Shown in pieces: positions 26,239 to 38,011 of a DNA stretch of 64,000 nt (the stretch's first letter is position 1; every line of letters starts with the position of its first letter). Source of the DNA: Octopus sinensis (Eukaryota); NCBI RefSeq assembly GCF_006345805.1, contig NC_043022.1:11594001-11658000 (forward strand), given 5' to 3'. The translations under genes and the position numbers were made by a program. The notes under the pieces were generated by a model. That model had not been told where the DNA came from, did no database searches, and was given only the letters and a program-made list of their open reading frames with translations.

Positions 26239-26339
26239 ATACATACATACATAAACACACACACACATATATATACTATTATATGTAATATATTGAATAT
26301 ATTACATAAATATGTAATTTTTTCCATACTCTGTGACAT

Positions 26340-26727
26340 TCATGCTTATATATACGCATGCATTTGAGCGTGATCATTACCAGCATCACGTTACTGGCAC
26401 TTGTACTGGTGGCACGTGAACAAAACATTTGAGTGAGGACGTTTCCAGTGCTGCCAGACTGACTCCTGAGCAGGTGGCACATAAAAAACACCATTTCGAG
26501 GGTGGCTGTTGCCAGTAGCACCAGACTGGCCCTCGTGCCGGTAGCATGTAAAAGCACCCACTACACTCTCGGAGTGGTTGGTGATAGGAAGGGCATCCAG
26601 CTGTAGAAACTCTGCCAGATCAAATTGGAGCCTGGCAAAGCCATCTGGTCCACCAGTACTCAGTCAAGTTGTCCAACCCATGCTAGCATGGAAAGCGGAC
26701 GTTAAATGATGATGATGATGATGATGA

Positions 26728-26730
<3 letters not shown>
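26340..26730 (+). mobile_element. SINE or non-autonomous element sharing the RTE 3' UTR, (GAT)n tail
   Basis: cccactacactctcggagtggttgg...catgctagcatggaaagcggacgttaaatgatgatg, same as the 3' UTR at 34722 and 47849. Confidence 0.7.
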
Positions 26731-26787
<57 letters not shown>

Positions 26788-26846
26788 ACGCACGAGTGGA
26801 AATATATATGAAAGAAGGTTTGAAAATGCAATTTTAACGATGTTTA

Positions 26847-26894
26847 TTCACTTGACCGGTTTCACTTTTTTAGAAAAAGATTGTCAAAAGTAAA
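26847..26894 (-). ncRNA. Decayed minimal type I hammerhead motif (Penelope tail)
   Basis: Minus: tttactt-TTGACAA-t cttttt cta aaaaag t-GAAA-CCG-GTC-aagtgaa; core differs from CUGACGA by two transitions; palindromic ACCGGU stem III. Confidence 0.55.
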
Positions 26895-27029
26895 ATGTAA
26901 AGCTTTGTATAAGCTTTGTTGTGTTAAGTACTGGTTGTCACGAAAGTTTTAAAATACGAATATACATTCTTTGATAATAATAAGAAAATGTTAAAAACAG
27001 TTTACAAGGAAGTATCTAAATAAAACTTC

Positions 27030-27620
27030 GGCCCCCAAAGAACATTACTGTGAATAATTTAAATGAAAGACTCGAAAAGGTTTTACCAGGAAATGAACAT
27101 ACTTAAAAACCTATAAACTCTGTTGTTGATGACTCAGAAACTGTCAATTGCCCCATCGGCTTCTTAAACTTACTGGAGCCACAAGGAGCACCTCCTCATT
27201 GCCTTCAATTGAAAATAGGCACTCCAATCATACCTCTGTAAAAAAAATTTTCTCAACCAAAGATGTGCAATGGCACAAGATTTTTTGTAAAGAAATTAAC
27301 AAGAAATGTCATAGAAGCCACAATAATTTCTGTCTGTGGAAAAGGCAAAGATGCTTTTATTCCTTGCTTACCTTTGACACCTTCTAATATTCCATTCCAA
27401 TTCAAACGATTTCAATTTCAAATACGTCTGTCTTTTGCAATGTCTATTAATAAGTCTCAACATCAGACTTTAAAAGTTACTGCTTTGTAATTAGAGGAGG
27501 ACTGTTTTTTTGCACAGTCAGGTATATTTTGGGGCTCCTGGATGAGGACCAGGACAATCTTTTCATTTTCACCCCTACTGGTAAAACCTGAAACATTGTC
27601 TAAAAGGAATGGGACCAACA
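27030..27620 (+). mobile_element. Helitron RepHel PIF1-like helicase C-terminal remnant
   Basis: [47 protein letters not shown] (helicase motif FAMTINKSQGQTL). Confidence 0.8.
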
Positions 27621-28230
27621 AACTAAAATTTGCAGACTGAATAATAAATTTGAAGACTGAAATACTAAAGACCATAGATCAGAAGTTTATATGCACAAAC
27701 CTATACAATTCTTTACTGCTACAGAAGCTGAATGTGGGGAAGTAAGAAATGATTACATCAACATCGAAGAAAAGGATATAACGCAAATTCAGCTGCTGAC
27801 CCTGATGGATTCCTAGCAACCCTCCTCAAGTCAGGCAAAGGAGTCCTTACAAAACCATTGCAGATACTTTTTCATAGCTTCCTCACAAATGGTAAGCTCC
27901 TGGACAAACTAAAGGAGGTGTGATAAGTGTGGTGAAAAGGAGCGTAACAGAACAAGGAAAAGAATTAGAAGTGTAATTTGGTCTTACCTGCAGAGATGAA
28001 GCCGGATTCGCCTTGAGCCAACTTGCTAGCGTCTTGTCGTCTTGGCGTCGTTCTCGAGTCTGACTGCCCTATTGATGCCGCATGTGCGTTCTGTCTCTCA
28101 CTTCCGCTTCCGCCGGCGCATGCGCCCTGCGAGACCTGCAAGACCCACTTCCGCTCCCTCCCTCTCTGTCACACTCCCTCATCACCACACCACACGCCCC
28201 CCTGATCTATAGATCACTGAACCGGCTTCC

Positions 28231-29125
28231 TCACTCGCTCCCGCACCTGAAACTGGTTTCGTAGTCAGCCAACCAGGGAGGAGGGTGCCGCTCCCTCTGT
28301 GGTCGCAGTGCGACCCTAGGACTTGTTTCTGGCGTGTTGCTGCCGACCTCATCATCCTGTCTGTTGTTATCGTCTTGCCCACTGTTGCTTGTCCCATCCT
28401 CCGGGGCATGGACAATCCTCCGTATGTCCAAAACGTGGCGTGGCATACCATCTACCGAGACGTTATTCTTTGAATTTACGGAGGTTATTGTCCCCTTTCC
28501 CCATTGCGATGTACACCGTGCGTTTGGGGGTTTCACCCAGACTTCCTCCCCGACCTGCACGAAGGCGTGCTCTTCCTCTGCCCCGGGTCGCATTGATGTA
28601 GTACACGGATGCCTCCACTCGTACCTGAATATTGCCCTGTGTGGCACCGACTCCTCGACGATTGGGCCTCGTGTCCTGATCTGGGCGACATGTACAAAAC
28701 ACGGCCTCGACTGGTGAAATGTGACCCTCTCAGCCATGGCCTTGATGGTACGATGATGCCTTTCCACCACCCCGTTTCCACTTGGCCGGTATGCCGCCCT
28801 GAAGAAGCGGTTGACCTTCCACTCATCAAGCATTTCTCTCAGCGCCTCCAAGCGAAATGCAGTGCCGTTGTCCAGAAGCAGTTCATCCACGGGGCCTCGT
28901 TCCAGGAATATCTCGTTCAGCACTTTCGCAATTTCTTCTGCGGTTCCTGACCTCATCTCCCTCCATATGGCGAACCGCCCCGGTCCGCAGTCAACCATTG
29001 AGAGGTATGTCCCCTGCCGGTAGTGTGTTATGTCCACCGCCAGTCGTCTCCAGTCCTGGTCCACTGGAATACTTCCCGCTTCATGCACGACCGGAGCAGG
29101 GTCGATGGACTGGCACCTGTCACAA
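28231..29125 (-). pseudogene. Gypsy integrase (DDE core and C-terminal domain), frameshifted
   Basis: LAVDITHY, DNGTAF, GNGVVERHHRTIK; HHCC split by an indel near 29120; out-of-frame segment around 28650-28750. Confidence 0.9.
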
Positions 29126-30718
29126 ACTGCTAACCACTCTCCGCACGCTCTGTCTTGTTACGTCGGAGTCGACTTTTCTGGCCAGGAACAACGTCCTGTC
29201 CACACCCATGTGATGCATGGTGTGCAGTCTCCGCAACTCCGAGTCGCTCAGATGGCATACTGCAACTACATCCTGCTTCGCGTCCTCTGGCACTTGCAAC
29301 CAGGCTCGCTTAACCCTGGTCAGGACGTCTGCCCTGTTCTTCTCGGAAGGCACAAAGATCACGCTCAGCTTCAGATTGAACTCAGTGGTCAGTTCACGCA
29401 GTATCCCCAATCGACGCTTTACCAGCATCTCTGCAGCCCCTTTGGTCCGCACCCTCCGCTCATCGGTGATGACTGCCGTCGCCCAACCAAGTACAGTGGC
29501 TGAATCAGTCCTGATTTCTATGGTGTGCAACCCCCACTTCAAGGCTAGGTTCACCCCCTTCAGCACGGCTTCCAACTCCGCCACGTTGATGTGACTGCAG
29601 TCATCCATCTTCCTGAGCCAGGCTGCATCTTCCACCGTGACACCTCCCACTTCCAAGACAATCCCTATTGCGATGCTACTGGCGTCACACCATACGATCC
29701 CGCTCTTTGATTTGGAAACGTACCAGCTGCCCCTCACCGGGTCCTCTGCTCTTACTCTGACCAGGACTTCCTGCATCATGTCGATCGTCCTCTTCCCCAC
29801 TTTATCATTCCACTTCACTCCTTCGGCTCGTCTCTTGATGAAGCTGCATGCTGTCCGGAGCCAGCCTGCAATCGGGTAGTGTCCCACCAGCTTCCCACAC
29901 ACAGAGAACAGCTCCCATCTACTCATGCTGGCGCCCAGTTCAGGGATCTCATTCCCTCGCCGGAACACCAAGGCGCCGGCTTTGTCTCTCCATAGCTTGA
30001 GGCCCAGTGCAGCACCTCCCTCCATAGCCTCTGGCGGCTTGGCGATCAGTCCAAAACTCTTCAGGTGGCCTATGACCTCCGTTGCTGGTATCACGGTTTC
30101 ATCCACCAGAATGTCGTCGATGTATGAATTGGTGGCCCTTTTTACTCTGTCCACCTTCCCCAGGACGGCCTTGAGAATTGTTGCCATAATCTTCAGAGCT
30201 GAATTCAGCCCAAATCCCAAACTGGTCAGACAGTACGTCCGGCCCCTATACCTGACGAGCTGGTACCTCCATAGTTTCTCAGCCACATGAACCTGAAGGT
30301 ATGCCGACTTTAAATCGACAATCGTGGAGGCCCCCGCTGTCTGCCTCCACTCTCGCAAGGTGTCTCCGCAGACATCCGTGGCCTCGCCGCCTGTATGACA
30401 TGACACGTGGTCATTCAGCTCTCGGAAGTCGAGCACTGGCCTGACCTTACGCTTTGTGGGCTGTATCACCGCCATCAGTGGCAGGACTCCGCTCGCTTCT
30501 CTTTCCCAGGGGATCAGTATGCCCTCCTTAATCCACCGCTCCACCTCCCCCTCGAACTCACTTCTGGCATCTCCTTTTAGAGTATGCTGATAGCAGCCCA
30601 CTTTGTTCTTTAACATCGGGGCTCCCCTTCCAGTGCCACTCCACTGTCCACCTCTCGCCATCAAAGACAGCCCGAAAATCCTGGTCTTCAATGGTGTGCG
30701 CCGCATCCATTTCCTCAC
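29120..30718 (-). pseudogene. Gypsy reverse transcriptase and RNase H
   Basis: VRPVLDFRELN, DLKSAYLQ, YIDDILV, WCDASS, HINVAELEA, RTDSATV; indel near 30625 separates it from the protease. Confidence 0.92.
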
Positions 30719-31148
30719 GGTTGTCGTCGGTGCGTGGTGTCGCCCTACACGGCTTCCCTGCTAGCCCAAACGTTACGCCAGCCTCGTTGACGGTAACACC
30801 TCCCAGACGGGTGATCGCATCCATCCCCATCACCACGTCGATCTCGTCCACCAAGTGACCGACCACAATCGCTCGCAACGTCAGCTGCAGTCCCTGCACC
30901 ACGATCTGCGCATCCGTAACCCCTTCGCAGTGCACTTCTCTTCCGTCGACTGCCCTGACACTGCTTCCTCCACTCCACGTCTCTGCCACTTCTGTGGTCA
31001 TCAGGGTCGTCGTACAGCCCGTGTCCACCAGGGCTCGCGACATCTTCCCCTTCACCAGAATGTCGACCACAGGTAACGATGAGAAACGCGCCACTACTAA
31101 TCCAAAGGGACAACTACCGGCGCAGTAGTCTCCCGCGGTCCGTTTCCC
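30558..31148 (-). CDS. Gypsy aspartyl protease, reached from gag by -1 frameshift
   Basis: ALVDTGCTTTL and VVMGMDAI motifs; frame entered at the GGGAAAC heptamer. Confidence 0.85.
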   Translation of the reverse strand, partial: GKRTAGDYCAGSCPFGLVVARFSSLPVVDILVKGKMSRALVDTGCTTTLMTTEVAETWSGGSSVRAVDGREVHCEGVTDAQIVVQGLQLTLRAIVVGHLVDEIDVVMGMDAITRLGGVTVNEAGVTFGLAGKPCRATPRTDDNREEMDAAHTIEDQDFRAVFDGERWTVEWHWKGSPDVKEQSGLLSAYSKRRCQK

Positions 31149-31852
31149 TGCAGACACTCGCTGGCCACATGCCCCAGCTCTCGGCACCGGTAGCAAATCA
31201 CCTCGGGCTTGGGCGATGCGCAGTCACGGACCATGTGTGGGCCCTGGCACCGGAAACACTGTCCCTTAAACGACCGCACGCGTTCTTTCCCCAGCCCCTC
31301 TCCGTTGCTCCTAGCTGGGCCACTTTTCGACGTTGCAGTCGCTGCTACCGACGTCAACCTGCTGCACGACACCAGTACACGCGCCCGCGATATAATCTCA
31401 GCCATCGGCATCGAACGCACGTTCGGGAGCTTCTGTAGCTCGACCGACATGATGTCGGGAAAGCCGGTCACGAACGCTAACCTGACCGTGCGTTCTAGCG
31501 ACTCTCCCTCATATCCCGCAAGTTTTGCCAACTTTCTAAGCTCGCCGGCGAACACGTCCACCTGCTGTCCTGTCCACCTCATCCTACCCAGTCGAGTGTA
31601 CGCTTCGAACATTCCTTCCGCGAAGGCCTCCATAAGTCGGATCTCCACCTTGTCCGCGCTGCGTTGGTCCGCTTCCTCCATCTCCAGATATAACGCCAAC
31701 GCCGGGCCATCCAAATACAACGGCATAAAACTAGCCAGGTCAGCTATGCCGTGTAGCTTCGCCACCAACTTCACCCTCCTCAACCAAGCGACCACGTCGG
31801 TGTCGCTGCAAAACGGTGTTATAGGGTCGCGTGAAATCATAGCAGTCTGCAT
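31097..31852 (-). CDS. Gypsy Gag with two zinc knuckles
   Basis: Intact 251-aa ORF; CFRCQGPHMVRDC and CYRCRELGHVASEC. Confidence 0.9.
   Translation of the reverse strand: MQTAMISRDPITPFCSDTDVVAWLRRVKLVAKLHGIADLASFMPLYLDGPALALYLEMEEADQRSADKVEIRLMEAFAEGMFEAYTRLGRMRWTGQQVDVFAGELRKLAKLAGYEGESLERTVRLAFVTGFPDIMSVELQKLPNVRSMPMAEIISRARVLVSCSRLTSVAATATSKSGPARSNGEGLGKERVRSFKGQCFRCQGPHMVRDCASPKPEVICYRCRELGHVASECLQGNGPRETTAPVVVPLD
31100..31148 (-). promoter_or_regulatory. Programmed -1 ribosomal frameshift signal (gag-pol)
   Basis: G GGA AAC in gag frame, 7-nt spacer, hairpin GGGA-G-ACUAC-loop-GUAGU-UG-UCCC; -1 frame is the protease ORF. Confidence 0.8.
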
Positions 31853-31893
31853 AATTTTTATTTTTTATTTTCACGAAACCGAGTGATTATTTT

Positions 31894-31905
31894 GCCGAAA
31901 TAGCT
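31894..31905 (-). promoter_or_regulatory. Primer-binding site complementary to nt 1-12 of tRNA-Phe(GAA)
   Basis: Plus strand GCCGAAATAGCT abuts the LTR at 31906; identical to the 5' end of metazoan cytosolic tRNA-Phe; no TGG-type PBS present. Confidence 0.7.
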
Positions 31906-33453
31906 TGTGATAAGTGTGGTGAAAAGGAGCGTAGCAGAACAAGGAAAAGAATTAGAAGTGTAATTTGGTCTTACCTGCAGAGATGAAGCCGGATTCGCCT
32001 TGAGCCAACTTGCTAGCGTCTTGTCGTCTTGGCGTCGTTCTCGAGTCTGACTGCCCTGGTCGATGCTGCACATGCGTTCTGTCTCTCACTTCCGCTTCCG
32101 CCGGCGCATGCGCCCTGCGAGACCTGCAAGACCCACTTCCGCTCCCTCCCTCTCTGTCACACTCCCTCAGGAGGGAATAATATGCCCTGTCCATACAGGA
32201 GGAGGCAGAGTAGATGCTAAAAACTATATGCCTATCTCTCTGACCTCATACATCAGCAAAGTCATGGAACGAGTTCAGTATGTAAATAAAACCTTTTTCA
32301 CTGACATAAAGTGTTTTTTCATTATCGTCAAAATTTGCAAATTTCCTTTCTCACTTTCTCTCTCTCTCCTTCACTCTATCTGCATGCTGTGTGTGTGTTT
32401 GTATATGTGTCTATGTGCCTGTACTCACATGAGTGCATGTGTGTGTATTTTTTTTTACCACAATTAAAATATAAACAAGAGTGAGAAAAATTTAAAAAAA
32501 ACACAGCTTTGGAACAAAATACCTTGTGGTATTTGTCTTGCCTGAAATCTACAGATGATCCCTTGAGACTCTCACCAACATCAAATGCAGTAAACCAGAG
32601 ATTGATCCATGGGAAAACCCATGACTATCAACATAAACTGTGATAAAAATAAAACAATATTATTAGAATTAAAAACAAATGAGTTGATCTTATTGTTGCT
32701 GCTGTTTTTGTTTTGTTGTTGTTGCTGTTGTTGTTATCATTGATTTTGTTGTTTAGCTCCAGCCAGCTGAAACTGAGCAGATCTCTTCCTGTCAGGAACA
32801 TTCTGTTGTTTTTTTAAAAGAGACTGTACTATGATTTGACTTCTATTTCTAGCAGATCGAGTAAACTCATAAAGGGACCTTCAAATTGTTGTCATTATCT
32901 TGATGATAATGCCATTATTACCAGATATGAATTCCTGTGAACCTGAAACTTCATAAATAGAAAATAATACAACCCAAAACATAATGGATCCTTAGCAACA
33001 ATCTAAGACCAATCTCTACTCACAGATACCACACTCAAGGTACACACCAGGCTAGTTTCTTATCACAAAAGCAAAACTGATGTAAAAATTCCTCTTTCCA
33101 TAATGCATTTCACAAGAAATTATTTCCAGTATTGAGTCAAGTAAAATCACTGTAATCCATAAATACAGGCTTCTTTAAATGTGTTGGTGCCAGGTAAAAT
33201 GCATTTGTGCCAATGTTGCTTAAGTGCTCCTGTGCTGGTTCTATATAAGAAGTACCCAGCACACTGTAAAATGGTTGGTGTTGAAGTCATCTGACAGTAG
33301 ACATCCATGCCACAACACACAATTTTGAATCTGGAGCCCTCTGGCTGGATAGATCATGTCCAAGCCATGTCAGCATGGAAAACAGATGTTAAGCAATGAT
33401 GATGAGGAGGAGGATGATATATGTGTGTGTGTGTGTGTGTATGTGCGTGCGTA

Positions 33454-34720
33454 CCAGGTCATTAAGAATGAAATGTCCGATTTTTAACTGAAATTTTATT
33501 TTACTTTATCTCAACAAAATGCAAGGCAGTCAATCAAAATATGCACCTAAATTATCAACACAATTTTGCCATTTTATCAGTAGCTTATTTATGTTGGCAC
33601 CGAAGAATTCTGGCGAGCAAGAGGTGATGAAATCATGAAAGGCTGTTTTTGTGTCATCTTCAGATTTGAAGTTTTTTTCTTGCAAAAAGTTGTTTAATGC
33701 CTGGAAAACATCATAGTCAGTTGGTGCAAGGTCTGGTGAGTATGTTGGATGACAGAGTACTTGCAAGTTCAGTTCCTGTAACCTGACTAGTGTTCTTTGT
33801 GCAACATGTGGTCAAGCATTGTCTTCCAAGAGAATTGGCCTGTCTCTATTGACCAATCGCGGTTGTTTAATTACAAGTTCACTCATCATTTCATCCAATT
33901 GGTTGATGTATACATCCGCTGTAATTGACTTGCCAGGTCTCATGAAGCAGTAATGGATGACACCAGTGCTGGACCAGCAAACAGACACCATTAGCTTCTT
34001 TCGGTGAATATTCTTTTTTGGATTGTATTTTGGCATTTCGTCTCTATCCAACCACTATGCAGAACGCTTGCTATTATTGAAAAGAATCCATTTTTTTATC
34101 ACACATAACAATATGATGCAAAAACGGTTCACTTTTATGCTGTGACAACAAAGAACAGCAAGTTTTGAGACGACGTGTCATCTGATGCTCGTTCAGTTCA
34201 TGTGGTACCCACTTGTCCAGCTTCTTTACCTTGCCAATTTGTTTCAGATGATCCAATACAGTTGGAATTGAAACATCAAACCTTGCTATTAACTCATGTA
34301 TAGTTTGAGATATATCTGTTTCCACCACCGTTTCCAGCTCATCATTATCCACCTTAGTCTTCCATGGGGCTTATTTTTAAGAGTCAGCAGACTCTCAAAC
34401 CATCAATGTACAGTGTGCTCATTTGCCACATCTTCACCAAACACATCATTGATGTTTCAAGCTGTCTGGGATGCATTGGTCCCACAACGGAGCTCATATT
34501 CATAAACAACACAAATTTTTTATCTATCCATGGGTTCACAAAAATTGATTTATAAGAGAAAACTCACAATATAATCAGATATCATGAATTGCATTTTGAA
34601 AAGTGATGATGTAAATCTTCAATGTTGTAAAACAAAGAATTGTCAGTAAAAAACATTAAAGTTAATGACTTTCAAACTTGGTGCATAAGAAAATCAGACA
34701 TTTCATTCTTAATGACCAGA
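33454..34720 (-). mobile_element. Mariner transposon, full length, transposase disrupted
   Basis: TIRs ccaggtcattaagaatgaaatgtccga / tcagacatttcattcttaatgaccaga, TA flanks; WVPHEL, LEDNA, YSPDLAPTDY. Confidence 0.92.
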
Positions 34721-34721
34721 T

Positions 34722-36750
34722 ATCATCATCATCGTTTAACGTCCGCTTTCCATGCTAGCATGGGTTGGACGATTTGACTGAGGACTGGTGAAACAGATGG
34801 CTGCACCAGGCTCCAATCTTGATCTGGCAGAGTTTCTATAGCTGGATGCCCTTCCTAACGCCGACCACTCCGAGAGTGTAGTGGGTGCTTTTACGTATCA
34901 CCAGAAAGAGGGCCAGTCTGGCGTCTGGCGGTACTGGCAACGGCCATGCCCAAATGGTGATTTTTTTTACATGCCACCTGCACACCAGCACAAGTGCCAG
35001 TAAGGCGACACTGGTAACGATCACGCTCGAATGATGCTTTTTACGTGCCACCAGCACAGATGCCAGTCATTGAGTTTGATTTCGATTTCACTTGCCTCAA
35101 CAGGTCTTCGCAATCAGTGTCCAATGAAGGGAAGGTATGCATAAGTGGGCTGGTTACAACCCTGGCATAGGCCATAAGGTTATGGTCTCATTTGGCTTGC
35201 CAGCTCTTCTCAAGCACAGCATATTTCCAAAAGTCTCGGTCGCTAGTCATTGCCTCAGTGAGGCCCAATATTCGAAGGTCATGCTTCACCACTTCATCCC
35301 AGGTCTTCCTAGATCTACCTCTTCTACAGGTTCCTTCAACCGCTAGGGTGTGGCACTTTTTCACACAGCTATCCTCATCGATTCTCACCACATGACCATA
35401 CCAGCGCAGTCATCTATCTTGCACACTACATCTGATGCTTCTTAGGTACAACTTTTCTCTCAAGGTACATACACTCTGTCGAGTATGCACACTAACATTA
35501 CACATCCAGTGGAGCATACTGGCTTCATTCCTTGTGAGCTTACGCATATCCTCAGCAGTCACGGCCCATGTTTCACTGCCTATTACTCTGAGCGAGAGAC
35601 CATTTGTCACCAGCAGAAGTAAGAGCTCTCTGAACTTTGCCCAGGCTATTCTTATTCTAGCAGCTACACTTTCAGTGCACCCACCCCGACTACTGACTTG
35701 GTCGCCTAGGTAACAGAAGCTATTGACTACTTCTAGTTTTTCTCCCTGGAATGTGGCAGAAGTTGTTCTCTGCACTTTTTTCAATGTTTATTGCTCTTGA
35801 GCATCTACCACATACAAAAACTATCTTCTCAGTTAGCCTTCCTTTGATATTGCTGCACTCTTATGTGTCCATAGTCTACACTGGGTACATCTTATTGAGT
35901 TTCTACCTATGCCTTTTCTACAGATCAAGCAGGGCCATCTACCTGAAGGGATTTGTGGTTTGCCTGCCTTCCTACCTATTAGAACTTTGGTTTTAGCTAG
36001 GTTGACTCTAAGGCCCTACGATTCTAATCCTTACTTCCACACCTGAAACTTCTCTAGTTCTGATAGTGACTGGGCAATTAGAGGATCTCCAGGAGCATCC
36101 TGTCTTGAATTCCTCCGTTATTGCCTGAGGAACTATAATAAATAGGAGGAGGCTGAGGACTGAACTTTGGTGAACCCCTACTTCTACCTGGAATTCTTCA
36201 ATGAACTTGTTGCCAATACTCACCTTACTGACAGTGTCCCTGTACTAGCTTGCACAGGCCATAAGGTTAGCTCTCACTAACCATTCATCTATCCCTAGTT
36301 TCCTCATTGACCACCTCAGGGGACCCTGTCAAAGGCTTTCTCTATGTCAACAAAAGCCATGTACAGAGGTTTATCTTTGGCTAGGTATTTCTCCTGCAGC
36401 TGTCTTACCATAAATATAGTATCAGTGGTGCTTCTCCCTGGCATGAACCCAAACTGCATCTCATCTAAACTGACTCTCTCCCCAATTAGTTGGGTTATGA
36501 CCCTCTCCATGACCTTCATTACCTGATCCAACAGCTTGATACCTCTGTAATTATTTGTATCTAAAGCGTCACCTTTACTTTTGTAGCAGTTGACTATTAA
36601 TGCTGCTACACTAGTCATTGGGTATGACTCCTTCGTGTATCACCTAGTTAACTAAACGGTGACTAGGCTATAGCCAATACTGCCAGATATGTTGAGCATC
36701 TCTGCAGTAATTCCTGATGGGCCGGGGTTTTTCCCTGTCTTCATACTCAC
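34722..36750 (-). mobile_element. RTE LINE, 5'-truncated, degenerate
   Basis: (CAT)n tail, 3' UTR, RT fragments (AFVDIEKAFDRVP, VHQSSVLS). Confidence 0.9.
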
Positions 36751-36751
36751 A

Positions 36752-36791
<40 letters not shown>

Positions 36792-36801
36792 CACACACAT
36801 A

Positions 36802-37021
36802 CAGTAATCCCTTGCCATATCGTGGTTCACCTATCGTGGTTTTATTTAAACTTCTATCAATTCCACTGTGGTGTTGTTTTGCATTTAAAATGAAATGAAT
36901 ATATACATATTAAAAAAATAAATAAAAACTTGATACAGTACAGAACTGTTTCTACTTCTCAGATTTTCACCTATCATGGAGTGGGGTTTAAAATGTAACA
37001 CCCATGATAGTCAAGGGATTA

Positions 37022-37024
<3 letters not shown>
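36802..37024. mobile_element. Tigger/pogo-like MITE (second copy 59157-59401)
   Basis: TA-cagtaatccct...agggattactg-TA termini. Confidence 0.75.
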
Positions 37025-37068
<44 letters not shown>

Positions 37069-37625
37069 TATAAATTTGAAAAGGCATGTACAAGAGACAC
37101 ATGAATCAACTGAAAACAAGATTCGTTGAGAGCGAACCCAAGAGAATGGAAGAATCAGTGGAGTGGTTATATGATGCTTTTTAAATACCAATACCACTAC
37201 AGGTGATAGAACCCAGGTGCACAAGTGAAAGAATGAAAACTTATGGAGTTCCTGGCAGTAGATGCCAATGGAAAAAAATATTAATGTGTAACAAAGTAAA
37301 AAAAAACTCAAAAATGTGAGATGAGTGGATATGAAAACATATGTGTATTAAATATAAATTTGAAAAGGCATGTACAAGAGACACATGAATCAACTGAAAA
37401 CAAGATTCGTTGAGAGCGAACCCAAGAGAATGGAAGAATCAGTGGAGTGGTTATATGATGCTTTTTAAATACCAATACCACTACAGGTGATAGAACCCAG
37501 GTGCACAAGTGAAAGAATGAGAAAACGTATGGAGTTCCTGGCAGTAGATGCCAAATGGAAAAAATATTAAATGTGTAACAAAGTAAAAAAAAACTCAAAA
37601 ATGGGAGATGGAGTGATATAAAAAA
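37069..37625. repeat. About 270-bp tandem duplication
   Basis: 37069-37340 versus 37353-37625; differences are mostly 1-2 nt indels. Confidence 0.85.
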
Positions 37626-37980
37626 AGTATTGGTATTAAAGGAAAAAAAATGACACTCCCTAAGAAAAAAAGAAAAAGTTAAAAGGGAGATGTTGTGGGG
37701 ATAATAGTAATAATGGTGCATCCCCTTCTACATGATGAGTCAATATAAATAAGGTGACATTGGTCAGTATAAAGAGAGAGAGTACGCAGTAGAGGGCCAT
37801 AGATTGTCATGGTCATACTTATCTTACTAATTACACTGCTGTACCAGGGTAGGTATTAGTCTGACATAAGGAGTACAACAGTTAGATAAATAAAGATATA
37901 TAGATATATGTACATAATATACATGTATGTATACGTGCATGTGTGTGTGTGTGTATATGTATGTACATATGTATGTACAC

Positions 37981-38011
<31 letters not shown>

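Larger units (their letters stand above)
27919..32169 (-). mobile_element. Ty3/Gypsy LTR retrotransposon, full-length, with frameshift lesions
   Basis: LTRs 27919-28194 and 31906-32169 (about 97% identical over the shared part), TG...CA ends, TSD GGAGG (27914-18, 32170-74), order gag-PR-RT-RH-IN. Confidence 0.95.
27780..32277 (+). mobile_element. CR1/L2-type LINE RT fragment split by the Gypsy insertion (27780-27918 and 32170-32277)
   Basis: Removing the element and one TSD restores KLKEGIICPVHTGGGRVDAKNYMPISLTSYISKVMERV. Confidence 0.75.

Noticed and set aside
29120-31852. Numerous + strand ORFs over the Gypsy element
   Set aside because: Antisense shadows of GC-rich gag-pol with no motifs
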